From the NCBI GenBank assembly GCA_001897475.1, contig MKSY01000014.1, forward strand, positions 25,523-89,522: a DNA stretch of 64,000 nucleotides, written 5' to 3'. The notes beneath the pieces were generated by a model. That model worked only from the letters and a program-made list of their open reading frames with translations, ran no database searches and was not told where the DNA came from. The stretch is from Alphaproteobacteria bacterium 43-37. Its GTDB lineage: Bacteria > Pseudomonadota > Alphaproteobacteria > 43-37. Numbering within the stretch: position 1 is the first letter of the stretch; each line of letters starts with the position of its first letter. Shown one piece after another: positions 18,105-27,411 of the stretch. Position numbers and translations under genes: made by a program.

Positions 18105-18929
18105 TTATCCCCTCAGGATGTTCAAGATGTCCTGTGGAGCTTGGTTTGCGCGGTTCAACATCTGATAACCAGCGCTTTGACGAATCAGCTGCACCGCAAG
18201 GTTTGCCATGCCTTCAGCAACATTCAGGTCAACGATGGCGCTGTTGGCTTGGACGAGGTTTTCTTTTGTAACCGACGCCACATTCAACGCGAATCCAAAA
18301 CGACTTTGAGCCGCACCAACCTGCGCACGGGCTGTGTTGATCGCAGCTTCTGCCGCGTTGATGAGACCAACAGCAGCTGTTGCGTTTGTCTGTGAGGTGA
18401 TGGTTCCACCCAAGGTTGTCGTTGCGTTCTGGCAGTCTGCAATTGTAACAGCAATGTAATCGTTAGTGGTGACACCCGTTGAGATTTGGATTTTCTTAGC
18501 GGAAAATGAGCCATCAAGCAATTTATTGCTGTTGTAAGAGGTTGAAACAGCGATACGGTCAACTTCGCTTAACAGAGATTGATATTCTGTGTTCAAGTCA
18601 GCCAAGTTTTGCGTTGACAACTGTTCAGACATCGCCTGAGTAGCCAGCTCACGCATACGAATGATGATTTCCGAGATCTGACCCATTGCAGATTCTGCTG
18701 TTTGAAGAGCGGCATCAGCGCTTTGGATGTTGATTAAACAGGAACCCATACCCTGGATCTGCCCCCTCAAAGAGGTGCTGATCGCCATGGATGCAGCATC
18801 ATCTTGGGCGCGAGCCACACGAAGACCAGAGGATACTGAGTACATTGTCTTGCTTGCCGTTCTAGAGGCTTCACCGATCAAGCGTGATGTTTGAAGGGCA
18901 ACGAGGTTGGTTTGAATACTACTTGTCAT
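18105..18929 (-). CDS. Flagellin (short, D0-D1 only), copy 2
   Basis: 274 aa. The first ~100 and last ~75 residues are nearly identical to copy 1, and the RBS/5' end is the same (caagtaggagaataaaaaATG). The central ~100 aa diverge. Confidence 0.9.
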   Translation of the reverse strand: MTSSIQTNLVALQTSRLIGEASRTASKTMYSVSSGLRVARAQDDAASMAISTSLRGQIQGMGSCLINIQSADAALQTAESAMGQISEIIIRMRELATQAMSEQLSTQNLADLNTEYQSLLSEVDRIAVSTSYNSNKLLDGSFSAKKIQISTGVTTNDYIAVTIADCQNATTTLGGTITSQTNATAAVGLINAAEAAINTARAQVGAAQSRFGFALNVASVTKENLVQANSAIVDLNVAEGMANLAVQLIRQSAGYQMLNRANQAPQDILNILRG

Positions 18930-19048
18930 TTTTTATTCTCCTACTTGGATTATTACGATTTTACTTTTTATTTTTTTGCCACATTCTTTGTGGCTTTTTC
19001 CATCAACGCAATTTTGTCAAAGCGCTGGCGAAACCCTGTATTATATAT

Positions 19049-20314
19049 TTACTTTTCGGCGACCTTTTTATGAGTTGCCTTAGTATTTTTGCTCTTAGAA
19101 GCCATAATTTTTGCGAGGAAGCTCTCAATTGTCGGAGCTACTCCCTCACGCCATTTACGACCACTAAAAATCCCATAATGCCCAGCACCTAATTGAAAAT
19201 ATTCCTGCTTTTTCGATTCGGGCAATGACGGCGTTAACTTAAGAATTGAAGATGTTTGTCCTACTGGTGATATATTATCCAGCTCACCTTCAATTGTTAA
19301 AATTGCAGTTTGCTTAATGTTTCCTAAATCAATCTTGTAACCACGCCAATGGAACTCATTTTGCGGCAACAGATGACGCTGGAAAATACGATCAATTGTT
19401 TGCAAAATAAAGTCTGCAGGCAAATCCATAACTGATCTGTATTCATCATAAAATTTTGTATGAGCCATAATTTTTTCACCACTGCCCTGAATAAGGTTCT
19501 CATAAAATTTTAGATGCGAATCAAGGTGCCTCTTCGGATCAAGTGACATAAACCCGCTCAACATAATAAACCCTGGGCATACACGACGACCCGCCCCCGC
19601 ATATGATGATGGAACAACCGTAATCATGTTTTGATCAAACCACTGAATGGAATGACTCTTGGCAAACTCATTGACTTGTGAAGGATTCACACGAGTATCG
19701 ATAGGTCCGCCCATCAGTACAATCGCATTAGGCTTTGGTGCCAAATTAAATTGCTCCGCTAAAACCGTTGAAATAACCACTGGTACGGTTGGCTGACAAA
19801 CGGCCACAACAACAAAATCTTGCTTTAAATGTTTATAAAAAGTGAGAAGAAGATCTATGTAACTATCTAAGTCAAAGGCCCCATCTTGAATAGGAATATC
19901 ACGCGCATTCTTCCATCCTGTTAAATACACATCATGGGTTTCTAAAAGCCTTAATACAGTATCTCTCAACAAGCTAGGGTAATGACCTGAAAGTGGCGCT
20001 ACGATTAGTAGCTTACGACCTTTATTGGATGTATCTTTAACAAAATGCACTAAACTGCAAAATGCTTGATCCAATTCATGAACTTCTTTTACCTTAATAT
20101 TTGAACCATCAGTGATCACTTGCTCGATATCATAGCCCGGTTGGCCATATTCACGCGTATCGCGTTCTAGTATTGTGCTAGCTCCCAGCAATTGCCTTGT
20201 GACGGAATTTGGATATTGCTGCAAGTGCTGTTGTAAGGCTTTTTGATATAGCTCAGCCATATCATGAACTGGCTTTAGTAGCCTTGCCCCCATCTGGTAA
20301 AAATAATACAGCAC
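19049..20314 (-). CDS. Intracellular poly(3-hydroxyalkanoate) depolymerase (PhaZ family, Cys-type)
   Basis: 421 aa. The overall pattern resembles R. eutropha PhaZa1. The nucleophile elbow carries Cys (VAVCQP) rather than Ser, as described for that family. Confidence 0.55.
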   Translation of the reverse strand: MLYYFYQMGARLLKPVHDMAELYQKALQQHLQQYPNSVTRQLLGASTILERDTREYGQPGYDIEQVITDGSNIKVKEVHELDQAFCSLVHFVKDTSNKGRKLLIVAPLSGHYPSLLRDTVLRLLETHDVYLTGWKNARDIPIQDGAFDLDSYIDLLLTFYKHLKQDFVVVAVCQPTVPVVISTVLAEQFNLAPKPNAIVLMGGPIDTRVNPSQVNEFAKSHSIQWFDQNMITVVPSSYAGAGRRVCPGFIMLSGFMSLDPKRHLDSHLKFYENLIQGSGEKIMAHTKFYDEYRSVMDLPADFILQTIDRIFQRHLLPQNEFHWRGYKIDLGNIKQTAILTIEGELDNISPVGQTSSILKLTPSLPESKKQEYFQLGAGHYGIFSGRKWREGVAPTIESFLAKIMASKSKNTKATHKKVAEK

Positions 20315-20423
20315 ACAAGCACCTATTGTTTTTCTGATAAGTGATCATGGCTTAACTGCCTCTAAAAAAGGCTAAAGTTTCGTTACAATTTTATTAAAAG
20401 GCAATATTTAGCCATTATTTTCA

Positions 20424-21032
20424 TCACAAAGCTGCCCATTTCTTGAGCTTTTGAACCATTTCATCCACTGACGTTGCATGTGTAAAATGACCGACAAAGC
20501 TCCCATCTGGGCTAAAAACGTAGAAAATAGATGAATGATCGATAAGATAATGTTCACTGCCATGCTCATTTTTTTGCTGAACAGCATAAACTTTGTATGC
20601 TTCTTTGGCCTGTTCAATTTGCGCAGGCTCACCTGTTAGCCCCCAAAAAGATGGATGAAAAGTTTTTAAAAATTTTTTTATTTCTTCAGGCTTATCTCTT
20701 TGTGGATCCACTGAGATAAACACGGGCTGAATACGACCTTGTAGTTCGGGCAAACGGGATAAAGCCTCAGAAAAACTATGCATTCCCATAGGGCAAACAT
20801 CTGGACAAAATGTATATCCAAAATAGATAACAGCATATTTTCCCAACAGATCCTTATCTGTTTTAATTTTTCTATTTTGATCTATAAGATTAAAGGGCCC
20901 ACCAATCTTAGCGGTACCAATTACCTTATCCATAGGCAACTGGCTTGGGACATTCTTTTTGGCGTAGATATAAAGCGCGGTTGCAATACCTGCGCTAGCG
21001 ACCAAGAAGACTTTTAAGAATTTGATATTCAT
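20424..21032 (-). CDS. senC: SCO1/SenC copper chaperone for cytochrome oxidase assembly
   Basis: Thioredoxin-like FGYTFCPDVCP motif and an N-terminal membrane anchor. Start set at the internal ATG 21030-21032, which has a perfect aaggag RBS. Adjacent to regB/regA as in Rhodobacter. Confidence 0.8.
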   Translation of the reverse strand: MNIKFLKVFLVASAGIATALYIYAKKNVPSQLPMDKVIGTAKIGGPFNLIDQNRKIKTDKDLLGKYAVIYFGYTFCPDVCPMGMHSFSEALSRLPELQGRIQPVFISVDPQRDKPEEIKKFLKTFHPSFWGLTGEPAQIEQAKEAYKVYAVQQKNEHGSEHYLIDHSSIFYVFSPDGSFVGHFTHATSVDEMVQKLKKWAAL

Positions 21033-21145
21033 TTTCGGCTCCTTTATTGAGGTTATCATTTATAGCAAACTTTACAAGCTGCCCTATTTTTTCACTTCTT
21101 CAATTTGCCACACAAACACATATTAAAATCTCATAAAAATAAAGT

Positions 21146-22438
21146 ATGATGTTTACTAGGAGAAAAGAAATCGAAACCTTATTTCATTATCGCCATAAGC
21201 TTTTAAGCTTAAAAACTATTACAACCTTACGGTGGATGGCAATCTGTGGGCAGCTGCTAGCTATTGTTTTCACATACGTGTGGCTTAAGTTTCCCCTTGC
21301 CATTGCTGAAATTACGGTTGTCATGTTGCTGTCTATTGCATTAAACGTTACAGCTTCATTGTTATGGAATAATGCCAAAGTACCCTTAAGCGAAACAAAG
21401 CTACTCATTTTCTTAAGCTTAGATACAATTTTTCTCGCGCTCCTCATTGGCTTCACGGGTGGCATTTTAAACCCATTTGTGCTCTTGCTTATTGGACCCG
21501 TTATCATGGCTGCCCTCGTACTTCAACACTCGTTATTGCTTTTCCATTTAAGCATTAGTATCATGTGTGCAAGCGTATTAGTTATCTGGCATTACCCACT
21601 TCCCTGGCCTGACAGCCTACATTTTCCGCCATTGTTGAAGTTTGGGTGGTGGCTGGCATTAACTTTGGCTATCGTTCTAACAGCAGGATACACTTGGCTT
21701 ATTTCTCAAGAATCGCAACAACTCAATAAAGCCCTCATTTCCATGAGCCATGCCCTTGAAAAGGAACAAAAAACAGCAGCCATTGGAACGCTTGCTGCAG
21801 CGTTTATTCATGAGCTTGGCACACCTCTTTCAACTATTATTCTTGTATCCAATGAACTCAAAAAGCTTTCTGAAAACGCTCATATCGATGATTTTAAGCT
21901 CCTCCATCAAGAGGCTCTCGCCTGCCAAGAAATCCTTGGTAAAATTGGCTCAGGAGATTTGACACCCAATAACCAAGCGGCCCCCTTTACCGTGGTTCCC
22001 TTTAAACAAATGCTCACAAACATTGTTAATACCCTAAACAACCCAGCACATATAACACTTGAGTTTTCCTATCTGACAGAAGATTCACCAGAGCCAATGA
22101 TCCGTCAGGTATTGGAAATCGAATATGCCTTAAAAAACCTTTTGCAAAATGCGTTAGAGCATGCAAAAAGCAAAGTTAAACTCCATTTGTCATGGGATAG
22201 CCAATCTCTTTCAATGGCCATTCACGACGATGGTCACGGATTTAGTGAGCATGTCCTCAAATACTTTGGCGAACCCTTTATTAGCGAGCACCAAACTAAA
22301 ACAGACACTCACCTCGGTCTTGGTTTATTCATTGCCAACACCCTCTTGACATATCTTGGTGCCCAGTTGGCCCTATCCAATGATAATGGCGCAAGATGCC
22401 ATGTTTATTGGGAAAGAAATCCAGAATATTTTGTCTAG
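21146..22438 (+). CDS. regB: Redox-responsive sensor histidine kinase, RegB/PrrB/ActS family
   Basis: 430 aa. N-terminal multi-TM region, H-box IHELGTPLSTI, and an HATPase region with DDGHGF. Paired with the RegA-like regulator. Confidence 0.75.
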   Translation: MMFTRRKEIETLFHYRHKLLSLKTITTLRWMAICGQLLAIVFTYVWLKFPLAIAEITVVMLLSIALNVTASLLWNNAKVPLSETKLLIFLSLDTIFLALLIGFTGGILNPFVLLLIGPVIMAALVLQHSLLLFHLSISIMCASVLVIWHYPLPWPDSLHFPPLLKFGWWLALTLAIVLTAGYTWLISQESQQLNKALISMSHALEKEQKTAAIGTLAAAFIHELGTPLSTIILVSNELKKLSENAHIDDFKLLHQEALACQEILGKIGSGDLTPNNQAAPFTVVPFKQMLTNIVNTLNNPAHITLEFSYLTEDSPEPMIRQVLEIEYALKNLLQNALEHAKSKVKLHLSWDSQSLSMAIHDDGHGFSEHVLKYFGEPFISEHQTKTDTHLGLGLFIANTLLTYLGAQLALSNDNGARCHVYWERNPEYFV

Positions 22439-22462
22439 CCTAATAACCAATGAGCAGGAACG

Positions 22463-23008
22463 ATGCAAAACGATGAGCTTTTAAAACCCAAACTTCTTAT
22501 TGTGGATGATAATATTGTATTCCTGGATCGCCTAGGAAAAGCTATGGAATCCAAAGGCTTTGTTGTAACTAAAGCCGAAAGCATAGCAACTTGTGAAGCA
22601 CTCCTTGCTCACGAGACATTTACCCACACAATTCTGGATATGAAATTAGAAGATGGTCATGGTTTAGACTTAGTAACCAAGCTCAAAAGCACTAACCCAG
22701 GCATTCGCATTATTATGCTCACCGCCTATGCGAACATCGCTTCAGCTGTAGCAGCAATAAAGCTTGGCGCCATTGATTATCTGCCAAAACCGGCTGATGC
22801 TGATCAAATTTATAAGGTTCTCATGGGCGAAAAGATTGACGAGCAACCTAATATAGACTCTGTCCCATCGCCCGATCGCATTCGCTGGGAATACATTCAA
22901 CGGTCATTTGAAGAATGCGATCATAACGTTTCAGCCACAGCCCGTAAGCTTAAGATGCACAGAAGGACGCTTCAACGAATTCTATCCAAGTATGCGCCTA
23001 AACCTTAA
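22463..23008 (+). CDS. regA: Response regulator RegA/PrrA/ActR family (REC + Fis-type HTH)
   Basis: 181 aa. REC domain with LLIVDDN...D...K, a short linker, and a C-terminal Fis-like HTH (NVSATARKLKMHRRTLQRIL). Confidence 0.8.
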   Translation: MQNDELLKPKLLIVDDNIVFLDRLGKAMESKGFVVTKAESIATCEALLAHETFTHTILDMKLEDGHGLDLVTKLKSTNPGIRIIMLTAYANIASAVAAIKLGAIDYLPKPADADQIYKVLMGEKIDEQPNIDSVPSPDRIRWEYIQRSFEECDHNVSATARKLKMHRRTLQRILSKYAPKP

Positions 23009-24483
23009 AGTTCGTCTGGACCTTTCTCACCTGAGGTGGCTCGGCTATCAACTGTTACTTTGCTAGACTGATCTGCATTCTGAATTTTGAAGTTCAGCAA
23101 TGCTTTTTTAAGCTCAAACTCCATTTGCCTGAATGATTTAACCTCATTATTTCTAGAGATTTGATCAACAATCCTAGTTTTATCATTCGCTGATGAAGAA
23201 AAAGTGAACTCTTGAGCTAACCTATCAAATTCCCTTCCTAAAAATCTCTGCTTTGTAGCTTGATCTGGCTCTAAGAATTTATGAACAGTAACTCTATCAG
23301 ATACACGTTTTTGAATGACTTCTAAGGATTCGCCTGGCTTTGATAATGGGCTATTGCCTGTCATAATAACTGGAATAAGTCGAAGGTCAATCTTGCGTCT
23401 TAAAAACTCACTGTAAACAGATTCTACAGATGAATCTAAAAATTCAACCATAATTTCTCCTGCAACGGAACCTTGGCGAAAAGTTGCTAAATCTCCATCG
23501 TTAATGATAATGACCGGATTGAGTGTTTTTGAGCGAATAAGACAGGTCACCAACTCTCCAGCAATATCCTCTGTACCATAAAATTTTTCTTTTGTTATGC
23601 CCGCCAGAGAAATCTCACAATAAGGCAAACCAACCAGTTTAGCGATATTGCGTGACGTGGTTGTTTTACCAGAGCCTTGCACACCATAAAAATACGAAAT
23701 AAGCCTATAATTAATTGGCGATAGAGGGTTCTCGTTCATGGCAATTATGTGCCGAACAAGCATTGTCATAGCAGCAAGCTGCGGCTTATCTAAAGTCCAC
23801 AAAGCTCCTTCTACTTCAGTGGCGCTGTATCTTCCCACCACTGTTTTGGTTTTTGGAAATGCGAAGCGATCGGCCAACCGATTTCTAGTGACAGCGGGGT
23901 GCTCAGCATTACCTGTCCTAAGATCGATAATCTCCTTTCCCCACCGAAGTATTGTGCTTTGATCATATTCATTCCCTGGCGCGCATGAGTGCATCATAAA
24001 TTGAGCCTCAAGCTCGTCTAAAGCCGTATCAAAAATTGATTGAGAACCAAACACACCTAAAGCAAATAAGCTACCCATTGTTGGCGCGCTCGAAGCAGTG
24101 CTTCCTATGACTTGTGAAGCGCCGGAAGCACAAATACCACCTAAAATTATAGCCCCTAAACCACCCGTTCCCACAAACCTCGCTACCCCGACTGCCGCCG
24201 TCCCAATAACAAAAATTGGCATAGCATGGTTCATGGCACTCGATACAAAAAGGGAACGCCCTGCAGCATTCCTGTGCATTTGAATATGCGCTAGAGCTTG
24301 CTCAAGTCGAGAAAAACTGCACATTTTTTGCTGAGAGAAAAATTCATTAATATCAATCTCAGAATAAACCAACCTTTGAAGGTGAGGGTCATAAGAATAC
24401 ACAGGGTTGCTCATTGTGGAAAAGATGCAAAATGCAACAAGGGCCTTCTTGATGTGTTTTTTAATTTCGAATTTTAATTTCAT
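23005..24483 (-). CDS. Signal-peptide-bearing AAA+-like P-loop ATPase of unknown function (paralog 1)
   Basis: 492 aa. Hydrophobic N-terminus (KKALVAFCIFSTMS), a Gly-rich hydrophobic segment (residues ~90-150), Walker A YFYGVQGSGKTT, Walker B NPVIIINDGD, and sensor-1-like IMTGNS. Paralogous to 48912..50426. Confidence 0.5.
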   Translation of the reverse strand: MKLKFEIKKHIKKALVAFCIFSTMSNPVYSYDPHLQRLVYSEIDINEFFSQQKMCSFSRLEQALAHIQMHRNAAGRSLFVSSAMNHAMPIFVIGTAAVGVARFVGTGGLGAIILGGICASGASQVIGSTASSAPTMGSLFALGVFGSQSIFDTALDELEAQFMMHSCAPGNEYDQSTILRWGKEIIDLRTGNAEHPAVTRNRLADRFAFPKTKTVVGRYSATEVEGALWTLDKPQLAAMTMLVRHIIAMNENPLSPINYRLISYFYGVQGSGKTTTSRNIAKLVGLPYCEISLAGITKEKFYGTEDIAGELVTCLIRSKTLNPVIIINDGDLATFRQGSVAGEIMVEFLDSSVESVYSEFLRRKIDLRLIPVIMTGNSPLSKPGESLEVIQKRVSDRVTVHKFLEPDQATKQRFLGREFDRLAQEFTFSSSANDKTRIVDQISRNNEVKSFRQMEFELKKALLNFKIQNADQSSKVTVDSRATSGEKGPDEL

Positions 24484-24676
24484 AAATCCTAAGCATCAGA
24501 CATAAAAGGGAAATCTATGCAATTTTTAACGGCAGGATGGAACAAAAACCATTGACAATTCGGAATATTAAATATGCAAAAACCAAATTTTATATTTTTT
24601 GAAACAATTAGCTTTCAAAAAAATCTAAGGAAATTTAAGGAAAAAAATTTCTCACGGATGAAAATGCAAAGGTATT

Positions 24677-25183
24677 TTATAGCGGCTCATCCGGTAAGAA
24701 ATAGTTTTTTATGTGAGCACAGTGGCTTTTTAACTGATTCCATTGCCCAATCTTCAGCTCTAACTGCACCAAACAGGCTGGAGCCAAAGGTGTCACATGC
24801 CGCAAAAGAGGATCATCATGCGTTAACTGCACAAGCACTTGCTCTAAACCAGGATTGTGACCGACCACCAGTACACTGCTGAACTTATCATCCAAACAGC
24901 TCACCTTACTCAGGATTAATTGGGGTGAAGCCATATAAAAATCATCATCATAAATAACTTTAACAAAGCTAGGTAAAGCTTTTAATAGGCCCTCTAATGT
25001 TTCACGAGTTCTCCTCGCAGGTGAGCAAATCACAAGATCAGGAGAAATCTGCGAATCATTAAATTTTTCAGACAAAATCGTGACGGTTTGTCTACCTAAT
25101 AATGTAAGAGGGCGATCAAAATCATCAAATTGCGGGTCAAGATAAGCCGCCTTCCCATGTCGAAGAACGAGGAGTTCTTTCAT
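24677..25183 (-). CDS. sixA: Phosphohistidine phosphatase SixA-like (histidine phosphatase superfamily)
   Basis: 168 aa. N-terminal LVLRHGKA (RHG catalytic motif) and a small single-domain size. Confidence 0.6.
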   Translation of the reverse strand: MKELLVLRHGKAAYLDPQFDDFDRPLTLLGRQTVTILSEKFNDSQISPDLVICSPARRTRETLEGLLKALPSFVKVIYDDDFYMASPQLILSKVSCLDDKFSSVLVVGHNPGLEQVLVQLTHDDPLLRHVTPLAPACLVQLELKIGQWNQLKSHCAHIKNYFLPDEPL

Positions 25184-25299
25184 GCTGATTTCCTCAAAAC
25201 CTAAGTCAACCTTCCAAAATCACACAAATATTAATAAATATTTAAACCCATTAATATAAGGTAACTTAACGAAACAAATGATTTTTGTGAAGGATAAAT

Positions 25300-27390
25300 A
25301 TGCGTCGCTTGAGCGATTCCAAACTGGTGGAAAACAGTGAACTCTTGGTTTTCAACCAAGATGTCTCTTGGCTATCTTTTAACCTTCGCGTACTCAATGA
25401 AAGTACTGACGAGAGACACCCACTGCTTGAGCGTCTAAAATTCCTTGCTATTGCAGGCGCAAACCTAGATGAATTTTACCGCGTAAAAGTTAGCCGCATC
25501 AAAAACCAGCGGGCTGAAATTCCCAATCATACAAATCGTACACAATTTAAAGAAATATATAATCAGGTCATTGAAGCCACAAAAAACCTTTTCAAACAAA
25601 AAGATATTTCATTTCGAGCGCTACTTGATGAACTCAAAACACAAAATGTTCAACTTGTCGTCACACAAGATGATTTAAATGGAATAAATTCAGGTGCCCT
25701 GAGTCAAGCTTTTGAAAAAATCAAGCCATTACTCACCCCATACGTCATCGACGCAGTCCATCCCTTTCCTTTTATACCCAATCAATCTCTAGGATTTATT
25801 GCAAACGTAAAGATGGTTCGTCATAATAAAAACCAGATGATTCTGGTTTCGGTTCCAAATACTCTTCCACGCTTTATTTGGCTTGAGGACAGCAAGCCTA
25901 CGGCCATCAGCATTGATATGCTCATATACCACCACCTGAATGTTATATTTCCCGAAACGACCATAACAGATTTTGGCTCTTTTCGGTATCTAAGAGCGGC
26001 AGATATTCCAGCTCAAGACACGGAGGTTGAGGATGATGCCGTTTTAAAAGAGCAGTTTGAAAAGATGCTGAATCAAAGGCGCTTCGGTGAAGGTGTGCAG
26101 CTTATACTAAGCGCTGGCCTGCCAAAAAAAATTAAGCAATATCTCGTCAACCACTTAGACATACCACCCGAATTATCCTTTGAATCCGACCTATTCATTG
26201 GCTACAGCGATTTATTTGAAGTTACCGGATATGATGCGCCAACGCTAAGATACTCAGCATTTCAACCACTCGCCTGTCCATTTATCACAACCAAAAATAT
26301 CAATATTTTCGAAAGGCTAGACAAGGAAGAATTACTTATTCATCACCCTTATGATAGCTTCGACACAGTTGTCATGTTTTTAAAATCAGCAGCTCAAGAT
26401 CCTCAGGTTAAGGTCATTAAGCAAACACTCTATAGGACAGGGTTGAACTCCACCATAGTCGATGCGCTTATTGAGTGCGCGCAGGCAGGAAAGACTGTTA
26501 TAGCTCTTATTGAACTTAAAGCTCGTTTTGATGAAGAAGTTAATTTGAAATGGGCAAAAGTTATGGAGAGCGCAGGCATCCAAGTTTTTTATGGCGTTCA
26601 AGGGTTTAAAACCCACGCCAAAATGACCTTAATTTTAAGACAAGATAAACAAGGCGCGGTCCGCCCATATGTCCATATTGGGACAGGCAATTATAATCAA
26701 AACACAGCTCGAATTTATACGGATATCTCTTACTTTACCTCTAACTGTGAAATTGGGCAGGATGTCATTTCAATTTTCAATGGCTTAACATCAAACATTG
26801 CCCCAAAAGACCTTAAGCAACTCATCTTATCACCCTCTATGCTGCGTAATAAACTTTACGCTCTGATTAATCAGGAAATTACCAACGCGAAAGCGGGTAA
26901 ACCCGCACAAATATGGGCTAAGATGAATGCGCTAGTTGATCCAGGAATCATCAGCAAGCTTTATGAAGCATCTTCAGCCGGTGTAGATATCCAGCTGATT
27001 GTCAGAGGCATGTGCTGTTTGGCACCCGGCGTGAAGGGCTTATCTGAGCACATTCAGGTCAAAAGCATCATTGGAAGGTTTCTAGAACATTCGCGCATAT
27101 TTTGTTTTGCAAATGGCGCAGTTTTGCCATCTGCTCAAGCCGAAGTATATATTTCCTCAGCGGACTGGATGCCAAGGAATCTTGATCGTCGGATAGAAAT
27201 TATGACTCCAATTCAAGATCCAAAACTTAAAAGCACGCTTTTAAATCGCATCATGCTTTCAAACATTAAGGATACGGCTAATAGCTGGACTTTGGGCTCA
27301 GATGGCCGTTACACCCACTCAAAGCTTGATGGAAAGAAATTCAGTGCGCATAATTTCTTTTTAGAAACCTTGATGGAAAAATCTAAGTAA
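25300..27390 (+). CDS. ppk: Polyphosphate kinase 1
   Basis: 696 aa. PPK1 N-domain plus two PLD-like C-domains, with THAKMTLI and HSRIFCF histidine motifs. Confidence 0.9.
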   Translation: MRRLSDSKLVENSELLVFNQDVSWLSFNLRVLNESTDERHPLLERLKFLAIAGANLDEFYRVKVSRIKNQRAEIPNHTNRTQFKEIYNQVIEATKNLFKQKDISFRALLDELKTQNVQLVVTQDDLNGINSGALSQAFEKIKPLLTPYVIDAVHPFPFIPNQSLGFIANVKMVRHNKNQMILVSVPNTLPRFIWLEDSKPTAISIDMLIYHHLNVIFPETTITDFGSFRYLRAADIPAQDTEVEDDAVLKEQFEKMLNQRRFGEGVQLILSAGLPKKIKQYLVNHLDIPPELSFESDLFIGYSDLFEVTGYDAPTLRYSAFQPLACPFITTKNINIFERLDKEELLIHHPYDSFDTVVMFLKSAAQDPQVKVIKQTLYRTGLNSTIVDALIECAQAGKTVIALIELKARFDEEVNLKWAKVMESAGIQVFYGVQGFKTHAKMTLILRQDKQGAVRPYVHIGTGNYNQNTARIYTDISYFTSNCEIGQDVISIFNGLTSNIAPKDLKQLILSPSMLRNKLYALINQEITNAKAGKPAQIWAKMNALVDPGIISKLYEASSAGVDIQLIVRGMCCLAPGVKGLSEHIQVKSIIGRFLEHSRIFCFANGAVLPSAQAEVYISSADWMPRNLDRRIEIMTPIQDPKLKSTLLNRIMLSNIKDTANSWTLGSDGRYTHSKLDGKKFSAHNFFLETLMEKSK

Positions 27391-27411
27391 AGCAACTGGT
27401 AAGCACAAAAT

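Noticed and set aside
18930-19048. Sigma-28 (FliA) or sigma-54 promoter for flagellin copy 2
   Set aside because: There is no TGGCAC-N5-TTGC match and no TAAA-N15-GCCGATAA-like match in the upstream region. Only a partial TAAAaaggtcGCCGAAAA with wrong spacing is present, so no promoter is called.
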